From Eledone cirrhosa (taxonomy: Eukaryota), in assembly GCA_964016885.1 (NCBI GenBank), contig OZ024747.1, forward strand, positions 77,066,001 through 77,130,000: 64,000 nucleotides of DNA. The letters run 5' to 3'. Under the pieces are notes generated by a model. The model saw only the letters and a program-made list of their open reading frames with translations, made no database searches and had not been told where the DNA came from. The position numbers and the translations under genes are program-made. Of the stretch, positions 43,485 through 59,605 are shown piece after piece; positions within the stretch are counted from its first letter, which is position 1, and each line of letters starts with the position of its first letter.

Positions 43485-43662
43485 TCTACTTTAGGCACAT
43501 GGCCAGCAATTACCCAGTTCATTACTGGTACTTTATTTTATCGACCCCGTAAGGATGAAAGGCAAAGTCAACCTCGGCGGGATTTGAACTCAGATCGTAA
43601 AGGGACGTAACTATGCTGGAAAGCATGGCGTCCGACCCTCTACCGATACTGCCAATCCACCG
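43480..43662 (-). mobile_element. Deu/Nin-type tRNA-derived SINE
   Basis: Nearly identical to 62768-62956; B-box gagttcaaatcccg on minus strand. Confidence 0.8.
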
Positions 43663-43678
43663 TATATATATATATATA

Positions 43679-43845
43679 TTTAATATAGAAAAGGCTTCTA
43701 CAGGATTAGAGCTGTTTCATTTGGATTTCTCCCGAATGAAACAGTTCCAGTCCTGTAGAAGCCTTTTCTATATTAAAAATGTATACTCTGATATGTATTG
43801 AGTACCTTACTTACTGTGGTTACCCCCGATTGAACCCGGGATAAA

Positions 43846-43848
<3 letters not shown>
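43679..43848. mobile_element. Fold-back mini-element turning in hammerhead stem II
   Basis: Arms 43679-43725 / 43730-43777 around GAAACAGttccagtcCTGTA; same family as 58090. Confidence 0.78.
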
Positions 43849-43919
<71 letters not shown>

Positions 43920-43972
43920 TATATAAATATATATAGATATATATAAGTTTATATATATATCTACATCTACAT

Positions 43973-44371
43973 CTAAGGCGGGTAAAATTCCCGAGATCCA
44001 TGGACGAGTTCTCTCCAGCGGTCTCTGTCCCTCATTATCGCTGCCATATCCTGCATCTCCAACAGACCAGTGTCTGTCCTTAGGGTATCAACAAAAGTTA
44101 ACCTTGGTCTTCCTCTTCTAGTGTGTCCATGTAGGGGCTCCCAAAGGAGCACTGAGTGCAATGTCAACTCTGGATGTCGGTGAGCATGTCCAGCCAACCT
44201 CAGTCTCCTCTGTGTCACTTTTGAGCTGACTTTTGGGATGCTCCCATACAGCTCTGAGTTTTTCATCCTCAGTGTATACTGATTAATGTTCAGAGCCATC
44301 CTCAGCATTCTCGTGTAGCACCCATCCACCATCTGAGTGAGTTTCTTGGTCAGTGTCCAAGTCTCAGACCC
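43973..44371 (-). CDS. C-terminal part of the same RTE ORF
   Basis: [31 protein letters not shown] then stop. Confidence 0.88.
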   Translation of the reverse strand, partial: GSETWTLTKKLTQMVDGCYTRMLRMALNINQYTLRMKNSELYGSIPKVSSKVTQRRLRLAGHAHRHPELTLHSVLLWEPLHGHTRRGRPRLTFVDTLRTDTGLLEMQDMAAIMRDRDRWRELVHGSREFYPP

Positions 44372-44580
44372 TGGGTATGACATTAAACTACATCCAGTGG
44401 CAAGGCTCCAGTTCGGGAGTTCAGGAGATGTGGGGAATGTGGAGTTACCCCTTAGTTGTCATGACTCCCAGGTCTGCCCTGGCCCGGGGTGGTAGTACCT
44501 GTTAGGGCTCCATTTATGGGTTAAATAACTACCTTATTCGAGTGGCGCCGGTAAGGTATTGTCAGCCATTGAAAAGAAAT

Positions 44581-47485
<2,905 letters not shown>

Positions 47486-47516
47486 AGTTTATATATATAT
47501 ATATATATACACACAG

Positions 47517-47711
47517 ATATATTCATATATTATGACTATTGGTGAGCTTGTTACTCTAAAGTTTCACCTGTGTACACACAGGATCACCAGTCTTGTCAGG
47601 TGAGTACGCAGGTGAGACTCCAGAGTAACAAGGCTTAGCCATAATAAATGAATATTTAAACTCTACTTCGGTATTGAGTTTTCATTCTTACGTCCGTCAA
47701 TAATTCACGTA
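47517..47711. mobile_element. Fold-back mini-element with HHR 3' half
   Basis: Arms ~47518-47576 / 47604-47655 (caggtGAGACTCCAGAGTAacaag; minus arm GAAACTTTAGAGTA); hairpin ACTC-TAC-TTCG-GTA-TT-GAGT 47660-47679. Confidence 0.68.
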
Positions 47712-48016
47712 CTCTCTATATCAATTAACTCTCTATATCAATTAATACGATACTCTCTCCCTCACTATATCTACTACACGGCACTCTCTTACCACCCCCC
47801 TCTCTATATCAATTAACACTTGATATAGACGTGATTTACTTTGCTCCGGATTTTTACGGAATTTTGTCAAAAAAGACTGTGAGTTTATTGATCAATTTAA
47901 TAACATTGTTTGGTTTAGCCCCTTGCCTTGGCCGTCAGACGTTAAGTCAACAAATTTTCGCCCCTTTCTGGGGCGAAATTTTCAATTATCATCTAAAAAC
48001 TGTAGACTTGGTGGCA

Positions 48017-49790
48017 ATGGATGCCATTTCCACCTCGCACACTGTCGTGAGTGCCACGCCCACTAAGAAAAGTGGTGGAGGGAAGGTAGGAGTGCAAAGC
48101 TTGCAGCCATCCCCCCTCGCATCATCGAAAAACGTGGAAAATATCGAAACCGCGAAAGCAAATCCGGCAAATAATAGCAGCACCAACAACAAGAACAATG
48201 ACAACAACACCACAACCAACAACTACAACAATAGCAACACCAATATTACCAACAATGACAGTAACACGAAAGACAACAACACCAAAACAACATTTGCACA
48301 GACCGTAAAAAAAAACGAACTATACACGCCAATAGACATAACAAATGCTAAACAACTATTACAAGACGCAAAACAATTTGTGACTTTTGGTGAAAACGGT
48401 GCTTTTAGCATTAATTCTCCACAGGAATTACTTAGAGAGGCTGTCCTGAAAACTGTGGTTTTCAGGACAATATCGAACGTAACAAGAAAACCAGCGCAAT
48501 TATCACAAAATGAGATTGAGCTGGTTCTAAAAGACGCAATGAAGGACTTAACCTTCATACAAAAAGGTAAACTGTTTGGTAGCATTTCGGTGCTGATGAA
48601 CAACCAGTCAACAGCTCAAAAGTACTCGATAGCACCCATTGTGTCCCCCCACTTCACCTTTTACCCCACATACAGGGAAAAAAGGACACAAAGAATAAAA
48701 ATAATGAGTATCACACCAAATGTAAACATTTGGTGGATACTATGTGGAATAATAAACTTGGACGAAGACAATATAATTTCAATAGGAAAGTGCTCCGGAG
48801 GTGTATTTGGTGGGACCACAGTAGAAGTTCTGGTGCAAATGAGCCCAGAACGAATAGCGAATATCCCACAACGCGTGCCTCTGGACGGGCTAACTTATAT
48901 AAACATTTCAGTGGAGGGAAGGCGGCCGTCATGTTTCCACTGCTTAAGCAGGGGTCACCTGAGGGCTGCCTGTCCTCAATTAACGAGTCAAAAAAAAAAA
49001 GGCTCTTCTGCCAACCCCGAACACAACAACACAACCACCACCACCACCACAACAACAACAACACGGAAAAATAACAACACAAAACACTGTTCCACCCAAC
49101 CCCTCCCCACCTAAAACAAATACAAAAGCAACCACAGCAAAACCCCAAAATATACCCCTCCCCAACAACACGGAAGAGGACTCCGTATGAACGTCACCCA
49201 GTGACGACGAGGGAGAACCCTTTCAACAGGTGAAAAGGAAAAAAAAAAGGCACCACATTAACAAAAATGCCACAAACACACAGCCACCAGCACAAACAGA
49301 ACAAACATCACAAATAAAAAACCCCACCCCTCCCCAAAACATAACACGTACTATAAAACGCAAACACCCGCAAGAACAACAAACAAAAACAAACACAACA
49401 CAACAAAAACTCTATACATACATTAACAAGAACAATAAAACGTTGATGAAAGCGATAGAAAATAACCCTTCGGTGTAAACCGAAGGGATCACTTTCACCT
49501 ACGCAGCGAACAAACCGCACCTAATGATGATTAGGGTCCCAACGGAAACCTATGTAACTTTGAAAAACAACCATCCAATGCATGTGGGGACCAACTGCAC
49601 CAAACCACATAACAGCGTCCTATTGAGATGTTTCCCCACCCCCACACCAGACACCCACACCCCACCAAACACCCTAACCCCACCACACACTGATGTCCTC
49701 ACCCCACTACAAACCACCACCCCACCAAACAACCCTTCCAACACCCCCATGGAAATTGTGCAGCCTGGCCCCCAGGAGACGAAGAGGTAA
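48017..49790 (+). pseudogene. Tx1 ORF1, nucleic-acid-binding protein with CCHC knuckle; frameshift near the A-run at 48989 and internal stops
   Basis: MDAISTS...VEGRRPSCFHCLSRGHLRAAC (CX2CX4HX4C), then basic KRKKKR and Pro/Thr-rich tail in shifted frames. Confidence 0.75.
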
Positions 49791-49832
49791 GTAATTTCCT
49801 TTCCTCTTCCTTTTTACCTCTTCAGCACCAAC

Positions 49833-52800
49833 ATGGCCAATATAAGAGTTGGATGTGTGAATGCACGCGGCTTGGGGATGTCCTGGAAACAGGGCAAACT
49901 CTTAAATGACCTCAGGTCGCACAGAGTGGATGTAATGGTTATTTGCGAGTCCAGGATCAGCAGCGAGCGCCAACTGGCCCCCATCTTCGACGACTTTGAG
50001 ATCTACGCATCTCTCTGTCAGCCGAGGGGTGGGGGTGGGGTTGTCGTTGTGCTGCGAAAATACCTGGGTCTCGCCACACAGAAGGTACACCTGGACCCGG
50101 AGGATCGACTGGTGGTTTTAGACGTCGGCAGTGGTGAAGGTGGAGCTTTCAGGCTGGTGGCAGCGTATGCCCCATCGGGGACACCGCGACCAGACTTCTT
50201 CCGACGCCTGGAGAATTTTTCTGGGAACGTCTCGCTCCTTGCTTTTAGTGGGGGACTGGAATGGTATCCTGGATGCACGTTGGGACTATGTAGGGGCATG
50301 TCCCGATAGAGGGGGGTGTAACAGCCTCAAACGATTAATCGGCCGATTTGATCTGGCCGATAGAAATCGACTAGATTTTCCGACTGTGCCACTGTGAACG
50401 TGGACTAATCTTAGCGGAACATCTAGGTCGTACCTAGATAGGTTCCTAGTTAGAAATAAGGATAGGGACATATTAAGCTGTCCACGAATGTTCATGGTTG
50501 ACTATTCGGATCACAAGTTGTTGACCGGAGTGGTCAACCTTGATAGAACTCATAGACAGGGACCCGGTTACTGGAAGCTAAACTTGTCTTTACCGACAAA
50601 CAAAGCTTACAGTAAGCGGATTAGCACACTAGTTAAGCAGCGTTTGACGGGGGCAATTGTCAACAGCAGGTGGTGGGGCTCTCTCAAGAGAGAAATTAGA
50701 ATAGAATCGATAGGTTTTAGTCGGGAATTAGCATCAGATAGGAATAGAACTGAAAGCGAATTAACAAATAGAGTAGAAGAGGCGATTAGGAGTGGCAACG
50801 TGGCCGGCGTGCTGGCGTCAAGAACGGCCCTAGACCAGTTCTTTGATGCGAAGCACGAGGGCTGCGTTGTCAGGAGTAAAATGCGTGCTCTGGGTAACGA
50901 GGGAGCCAAAGCTGTTAGCTGGGCCCGAGTGACAGAGGCAAAAAGTGGAAACAAGTCCACGATTCGGTCTTTGAAGGACCAGGATGGACGCGTGATCCTT
51001 GAACCTGAGCGGATGAGCGCGGCCTTTCAACGGCGTTTTGCACGACTGTTCGGGAGGGGAGGCGGGCCGGGTGGGGCCATGGATTTCGGTCCATACCTCG
51101 ACGGTCTGGCGCGGCTCTCGGACGGGGAGGCGAAGTCCTGCGAGAGGCCGATTTCAGCCGCTGAAATAGGAAAAGCGCTGAGCCAATGCGGCAAACGCAA
51201 ATCTCCGGGTCTCGATGGTCTACCATACGAACTTTATGTAGCGATGCCGGGCTTGTTCTCCGGTCTCCTCGAGGCGGTCTACTGCAACTGGCAACAGAAC
51301 GGGAGAATTCCCAGTTCTGTGACCAAGGGCGTAGTCACGCTGGTGAGGAAGGACGAGAACAAGGGGGATGACATAGATAACTTCAGGCCCATAACTCTGC
51401 TAAACACAGAGTTAAAGATTTTGGCCAAGGTGTTAGCGAAGAGGTTGGCGCTTGTCGTCGGGAACCTGGTAGGAGAAGCGCAGACATGCGCAATCCCGTC
51501 CAGGTCCATACACGACAACCTCCACCTCATGCGATACATCGTAGAGAGGGTAGGGAACGAACCCGGCTTTGGTGGGGCCCTGATCAACTTGGATCAATCT
51601 AAAGCGTTCGATAGGGTTGACCATCGGTACCTGGATGCGGTGCTCGCGGCGGCAGGCTTCGGACCCGTTTTCAGGGGCTGGATTGCTGCAATGCACAGCA
51701 GCAACACCTGCTCGAGGGTCAAGGTGAACGGCTACCTCTCGGAGCCGTTCCAAATCACGCGATCCATTCGACAGGGATGCCCTCTCTCCTCCCTCCTGTA
51801 TGTGCTGCCTCTCGAGCCACTACTGAGGAAGCTGGAGCTGTTGCAGAGCATCCCCTTGGAAGCGGGATTGCGGAAAGCGGTGTCGGCCTACGCCGATGAC
51901 GTGACAGTAATGGTGTCATGCGCCTCGGAAATCGGGCAGATCGGCACCTTACTAGAGGAATATGAAAGGTTCACAGGAGCCAAGCTGAACCGGGACAAGT
52001 CCGTCGGTTTGCAACTCGGGACGTGGAGGGGCAAAACGATGCCCTCCGACGGCATCGTCGGACGCTGGACGGAGGGACCGGTGAAGCTACTCGGGGTCTG
52101 GTTCGGACCAGACCTCCAGGTGGAGAAAAACTGGGACGAGGTAACGGGCAAGGTGTTTGCACTCGCCCAGAAGTGGGCCGAGTGCAAACTATCCCTGAAA
52201 GGTCGAGCGGAGGTGGCGAACGCTTATATAGCGTCCGTCATCTACTACCGCTTGACCGTCGTGCCTTGCCCAGAGAAAACACTCGCCAAAATGGAGCGCG
52301 CGCTCTTCCGATTTCTTTGGAAGAAGCGGGCTCCTTTGGTGAGAAGATCCATCTGCTGTCAACACCCTTCGAACGGAGGGCTGGGGTTGCCGTGGCTGAC
52401 GATGCGTAGACATGCATTAAGGCTACGGCACCTCCAGGTATTCCTCACCGGTCAGCCGGTGTGGGCCCTGTTTGTGAGGCGAGCCTTTCCGAGACTCGTC
52501 TCACTCACCGAGCGGCAATCCTGGATCAAGCAAAGACCGAGAAAAATGGGCGACTGGCACATTGAATGTGCCCAGGCGCTCACGGCCCTCTGGCAAGCGG
52601 ATCCGGCAATCAGTGGAGACTCAACCTCAACATTCTATAGAGGGTTGGTGCGAAGTAAGTGCGACGACGCTCTCGGACAGGCTCTGGGCATGGAGGAAGA
52701 CGAGCTGGCCAGTCTGTTCGGTAGGACGTTTGGCCCGGGACCGATGGACAACTTCCAAAAGTCCCTGGCTTGGCAATGTTACCGAGGAGCTCTACCCGTT

Positions 52801-53271
52801 CGGGACAAGCTCTACAGACACGGGCGCCCGGGTAGGGACCCCTCGAAGAAGATCTGTCCAAGATGCGTGCGTGACGAGGAAACCGTCGCACACGCATTCG
52901 TACACTGCCCGGGCGTTGCTGACCTGTGGGGCTATGTAGAACGACTACTGTCGCGGGTGGGACCAATCCGGTTGACCACCGAAAACATTGTCACAATCAA
53001 ACCGCCTCCCCCTTTCAAAAACGAAGGAGAGGCGGTTTTCCTCTGTGTGATAGCCATGGCGAAAGAAGTTGTATGGTGGACAAGGTTGAAAGGGCTGAGG
53101 TCAGACACCTATCTCTCCGGCCAACAACTGGTCTTTTTTTTCAAGTACCACTTTAGAAGAAGGATCAGAATGGAGAGAGAGGTGCTCTACCCCAGCAAGT
53201 TTTATGAAAGATGGGTGAAAGTAGCGAGAATGGCCCGAGTGAATGGGCCTTCTCTCTATATCAGCCTGTAG
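49833..53271 (+). pseudogene. Tx1 ORF2: APE endonuclease, RT, C-terminal zinc finger; frameshift ~50220 and stop ~50395
   Basis: GCVNARGL, VGDWN, SYLDRFL, YSDHK, GPGYWKLN, KSPGLDGLP, NFRPITLLN, LDQSKAFDRV, IRQGCPLS, YADD, CPRC..ETVAHAFVHC. Confidence 0.92.
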
Positions 53272-53512
53272 GTGAGAGAGGAGAAGAATGAGGAGAGGAA
53301 GGAAGCACCCGCTCTTTGTGCTCCTGAAGAGGAGGGTTGCACATTTTTTCGGGGGTGTGTGCGACTCATGTCAACGCCCCCTCCCTATTGAGGACATCGA
53401 TTGTTAAATTTAATTTGTTATATGTTTTTTACACGTCTTTTTAAATGTATGTAAACTCCCCCCTTTGTATTTGTCCCAATCTTTGATGCCCTGGTGGCAA
53501 ATAAATAGAAAT

Positions 53513-54085
53513 ATATATCTACTACACTGAACTCTCTTCCATACCCCCTCTCTATATCAATTAGCACAAAACTCTCCCCCTCTCTATATCTACTACACAG
53601 AACTCTCTTCTATTCCCCCTCTCTATATCAATTACCGATAGACGTATATTGCTTCGCTCCGGATTTTTGCGAATTGTTGTTCAAGAGACTGTGAGTTCAT
53701 TGTTCAATTTGTTAGTATTGTTTGGTTTAACCCCTTGTCTGGGCCTTCAGACGTTGAGTTAACTAATTTTCTCCCCTTTTTGGGGCGAAATTTTCATCTC
53801 AAAATCTGTGTAGACTTGGTAGTCAATAATGGATACCATTTCAACCTCGCACACTGTAGTGAGTGCCACGTCCACTAAGAAAAGTGGTGGAGGGAAGGTA
53901 GGAGTACAAAGCTTGCAGGCAGCACCCGCTCTTTGTGCTCCTGAAGAGGAGGGTTGCACATTTTTTCGGGGGTGTGTGCGATTGTTAAATTTAATTTATT
54001 ATATGTTTTTTACACGTCTTTTGAAATGTATGTAAACTCCCCCCCCCCCCCCACTCTTTGTATTTGTGGCAAATAAATAGAAAAT
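53513..54085 (+). mobile_element. Internally deleted derivative of the Tx1 element (5' end fused to 3' UTR)
   Basis: 53513-53918 matches ~47760-48106; 53919-54085 matches 53302-53512; a third leader fragment follows at 54100-54200. Confidence 0.88.
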
Positions 54086-54447
54086 TATATGGATTACCAC
54101 CAAACTCTCCCCCTCGCTATATCTACTACACAGAACTCTCTTACAATACCCCTCTCTGTATAAATTAGCACCAAACTCTCCCCCCCCCCCTCTCTCTCTA
54201 TATATATATATCTCCCATCTGTCTCTACCTAACATGTACATAAATTGTAGCATATAGAAATAGATGTGTTTTGGTAGTTTGGGGAGAAATATATATTCAT
54301 TAGGGGGGTGGGGGCATAGACCCCAGTTACACCACCTCTAATATATATATATGTGTGTGTGTGAGTGTGTGAGTGTCTGTGTGTGTTTGTGTGTGTGTGA
54401 GAGAGAGAGAGTGTGCGTGTGTGTGAGAGTGTGTGTATGTGTGTGTC

Positions 54448-54483
<36 letters not shown>

Positions 54484-54629
54484 TGTGTGTATGTGTGAGT
54501 CTGTGTGTGTCTGTGTGTGTGTGTGTGTGTGTCTGTGTGTGTGTGTGTCTGTGTGTGTGTGTGTGTGTGTATATAGAACTTGGTAATCCAAACGTCTACT
54601 TGCCAATATGTTATGTTGTGTTTGCTTGA

Positions 54630-54666
<37 letters not shown>

Positions 54667-54667
54667 G

Positions 54668-54703
<36 letters not shown>

Positions 54704-54827
54704 TTGTAACTATAGCAATCGCCACAAGAACAACCAAAACAAGACCACCACATCAATAGCAATAACAACTTATACGATACGAACAACAAGAACAACAATT
54801 TCAACTACGTCCTTCTCTCTCCTCAGT

Positions 54828-55235
54828 ACCACCACACCACCACACCACCACACCACCACACCACCACCTCATCACCACACCACACCACCACACCACCACA
54901 CCACCACACCACCACACCACCACACCACCACCTCATCACCTCATCACCACACCACACCACCACACCACCACACCACCACCTCATCACCACACCACACCAT
55001 CACCAACACCACCTCATCACCTCATCACCACACCACACCACCACACCACCACACCACCACCTCATCACCACACCACACCACCACACCACCACACCACCAC
55101 ACCACCACCTCATCACCTCATCACCTCATCACCACACCACACCATCACACCACCTCATCACCACACCACACCACCACACCACCACACCACCACACCACCA
55201 CCTCATCACCACACCACACCATCACCAACACCACC
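54828..55235. repeat. (CACCA/CACCACAC)n repeat
   Basis: Direct reading. Confidence 0.92.
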
Positions 55236-55974
55236 TTCGCACTACCACCGACATGCCACAACGGCAACAAAACCAACAACACGACGGCACCATCACACCA
55301 CCACCACTATCACCTCCACTACACCACCACCAACTCCACCACCACCACCAACTCCACCTCCCCCACCGCTACACCACCACCACTACACCACTACACGACC
55401 ACCAACTCCACCACCACCACCACCGCTACACCACCACCACCACCACCATCATCGCCACCACATTACACCAGACTATCTGTGATATACATGAAGACCGCTG
55501 TTCCAAGCCAGCATGCTTATGGCGACTCACGCATTTGTCAAAGTGTAAAAACCGATCGTTCTCCCAACTTGCCACCTACCTACCCCCTCGCCTCCCCCGA
55601 CCTGTCCCCCCCCCCCCCCCACTACACAGCCCCCTCCCCCAAGCGTGCTCAAGTGGAGTGGTGATGGTCAATAAATACGAACAGAGTCCAGTAAAACTAA
55701 TGTGTTGTTGTTGTTGTTGGTGGTGGTGGTGCTGTTGAGGTTGTTGTTTTTGATGTTGTTTTTGTTGTTGTTGTTACTGCTGTTGTTACTGTTGTTGTTG
55801 TTGCTGTTGCTGTTGTTGTTGGTGTAGGTGTTGTTGTTGTTGTTGTTGTTCTTCTTCTTCTTCTTCTTCTTCTTCTTCTTCTTCTTCTTCTTCTTCTTCT
55901 TCATCATTGTCACATATCTCTTATCTCCCCTTTCTCCCCACCAATGACCCTCTTGTTATTGTGTTGTTTGTTGT

Positions 55975-56402
55975 CTTCATGTTTCCTTCATGTTTCCTTC
56001 GTGTTTCCTTCGTGTTTTCTTCATGTTTCCTTCGTGTTTCCTTCGTATTTCCTTCGTGTTTCCTTCATGTTTCCTTCGTGTTTCCTTCGTGTTTCCTTCA
56101 TGTTTCCTTCGTGTTTCCTTCATGTTTCCTTCATGTTTCCTTCATGTTTCCTTCGTGTTTCCTTCGTGTTTCCTTCGTGTTTACTTCATGTTTCCTTCGT
56201 GTTTCCTTCGTGTTTCCTTCATGTTTCCTTCGTGTTTACTTCGTGTTTCCTTCATGTTTCCTTCATGTTTCCTTCATGTTTCCTCCGTGTCTCCTTCGTG
56301 TTTCCTTCGTGTCTCCTTCATGTTTCCTTCGTGTCTCCTTCATGTTTCCTTCGTGTCTCCTTCATGTTTCCTTCGTGTTTCCTTCGTGTTTCCTTCATGT
56401 TC
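55975..56402. repeat. 11-bp minisatellite (TTTCCTTCRTG)n
   Basis: Direct reading. Confidence 0.95.
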
Positions 56403-56529
56403 TCTCCATCTTTTATTCATGTGTTGTAATAACTATTTCTATAAGTTTTACACTCGTGTATTTGTCCACAGACAAATACACAAGAAATTGCAATAGAATT
56501 AAAAAGACATAACTTTTCACACGTCGGTG

Positions 56530-56732
56530 TATATATGTACATATATATATATATATATATATACATGTATATATATGTACATATATATATATATATGTAT
56601 ATATATATGTATATATATATATGTACATATATATATATATACATATATATATATGTACATATATATATATGTATATATATATATATACATATATATATGT
56701 ACATATATATATATGTATATATATATATGTAC

Positions 56733-56764
<32 letters not shown>

Positions 56765-56768
56765 GTAC

Positions 56769-56802
<34 letters not shown>

Positions 56803-56825
56803 GTACATATATATATATGTATATA

Positions 56826-56869
<44 letters not shown>

Positions 56870-57061
56870 TATATATATACATATATATATATGAACATAT
56901 ATATATATGTATATATATATATATATGTACATATATATATATATATGTACATATATATATATGTATATATATATATGTACATATATATATATGTATATAT
57001 ATATATGTACATATATATATATATATATATATGTACATATATATATATGTATATATATATA

Positions 57062-57133
<72 letters not shown>

Positions 57134-57205
57134 TACATATATGTGTACATATATATATATACATATATATATATGTACATATATATGTATATATATTATA
57201 TGTAC

Positions 57206-57239
<34 letters not shown>

Positions 57240-57262
57240 GTACATATATATATATGTATATA

Positions 57263-57311
<49 letters not shown>

Positions 57312-57494
57312 TTATATCTATATATGTACATATATATATATGTATATATATATATATATGTACATATATATATATATATGTACATATATATATATGTATA
57401 TATATATATGTACATATATATATATGTATATATATATATGTACATATATATATATATATATATATGTACATATATATATATGTATATATATATA

Positions 57495-57564
<70 letters not shown>

Positions 57565-57681
57565 TACATATATGTGTACATATATATATATACATATATA
57601 TATATGTACATATATATGTATATATATTATATGTACATATATATATATATACATATATATATATGTACATATATGTATATA

Positions 57682-57714
<33 letters not shown>

Positions 57715-57810
57715 GTATATATATATGTGTACATATATATATATATATATGTACACATATATATGTACATATATATATATGTACATATGTATATATATAT
57801 ATATATGTAC

Positions 57811-57854
<44 letters not shown>

Positions 57855-57907
57855 GTACATATATATATATGTACATATATATATATGTGTACATATATAT
57901 ATATATA

Positions 57908-57966
<59 letters not shown>

Positions 57967-58009
57967 GTACATATATATATATATACACATATATATATGT
58001 ACATATACA

Positions 58010-58085
<76 letters not shown>

Positions 58086-58088
58086 TAT
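56530..58088. repeat. 1.55-kb (TA)n array interrupted by TGTACA/TG/CA
   Basis: Direct reading. Confidence 0.95.
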
Positions 58089-58089
58089 A

Positions 58090-58142
58090 GAGATTCCTGA
58101 TGATTTCTAAAGAATGAAACAGTTCTAGTCCTGTAGAATCTC
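58090..58142 (+). ncRNA. Compact type I hammerhead motif at the 5' edge of a 135-bp insert (58090-58225)
   Basis: gagattc-CTGATGA-tttc taaa gaat-GAAACAG ttctagtc CTGTA-gaatctc; 7-bp stem I, 4-bp stem III, GUA site. Confidence 0.82.
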
Positions 58143-58225
58143 ATCTATATTAAAACTTTTATACTCTGCAATGTATTGAGTACCTTACTTACTGTGGTTA
58201 CCTCCAATTCAACCCGGAATAACGT

Positions 58226-58458
<233 letters not shown>

Positions 58459-58551
58459 TTCTAAGCAGCTATGTTCTGCGATTGGCAGATATCTATCTAG
58501 AAATAGTTCAAAATGCACCATATATATATATATATATATGTACATACATGC

Positions 58552-58646
<95 letters not shown>

Positions 58647-58667
58647 CATATATATATATATATATAT

Positions 58668-58867
58668 ATAGGAACCAGTAAGACCCCGACAGCTGAGCTC
58701 AAGCCGTTTCGACGGCTAATTCTGGAATTCGTCCAGAATTAGCCGTCGAAACGGCTTGAGCTCAGCTGTCGGGGTCTTACTGGTTCCTATTACCCACTCT
58801 ACTACCCCAAGTATTGAGTACTTTGGTGCGTTATGGTCCACCTGGTTCCTTACCACATCTCCTTCGT

Positions 58868-58870
<3 letters not shown>
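58668..58870. mobile_element. Perfect fold-back copy of the 30866-family PLE end
   Basis: Arms 58668-58726 / 58732-58790, 5-nt loop; bulged hairpin 58796-58819; (TA)n both sides. Confidence 0.85.
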
Positions 58871-58916
<46 letters not shown>

Positions 58917-58917
<1 letters not shown>

Positions 58918-59605
58918 ATAGAATGAAACGAAATTTCATTTCTCACTCTTAGTACGGCACTTACTTAAATGCAAGTATGCATGTATGTATACGTACATTC
59001 ATATATGTATACAGACGTACAGTAGTATGTAGATATATACATACATGCACACATATATATATGCACGTATCGGTTTACCGAACATTTATTACAATGCTCG
59101 GTTTGTTTGTTTGTAAACAAACAGCCCGAATTATGCCGTACAGTGTTTAGGCAACCACGTCACCTTTTTGTTCAACACTGACACAGGAACGATGTACTAG
59201 TTTCAAGCTTATTAGCTATCGTCAGCATCGTATACCTTCCTGCCAGATGGTTTAACGACTGAGCAGCCTAATTTGCATATCGAGTGAGTTCAGTCGGCTG
59301 GGCACACCGAAAACGTCTGTATACATATATGTATGTACGTATACATACATGCATACTTGCATTTAAGTAAGTGCCGTACTAAGAGTGAGAAATGAAATTT
59401 CGTTTCATTCTATTCCATTTATCGTTTTCGGTATGCCCGGCCGACTAAACTCACTCGACTAAACTCATAAACAAACCGGGCATTATAATAAATGTTCGGT
59501 AAACCGATACGTGCATATATATATATGTGTGCATGTAAGTATATATATACATACTACTGTACGTCTGTATATATATATGTATGTACGTATACATACATGC
59601 ATACT

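Larger units (their letters stand above)
47712..53512 (+). mobile_element. Full-length L1/Tx1-clade non-LTR retrotransposon, two ORFs, lightly decayed
   Basis: Repetitive 5' leader, ORF1 with zinc knuckle, ORF2 APE-RT-zinc finger, 3' UTR ending aaataaatagaaa. Confidence 0.9.

Noticed and set aside
47712-54085. LTR retrotransposon (direct repeats at both ends)
   Set aside because: ORF2 is APE-RT non-LTR type; no protease, integrase, PBS or TG..CA; the repeats are a tandem deleted copy.
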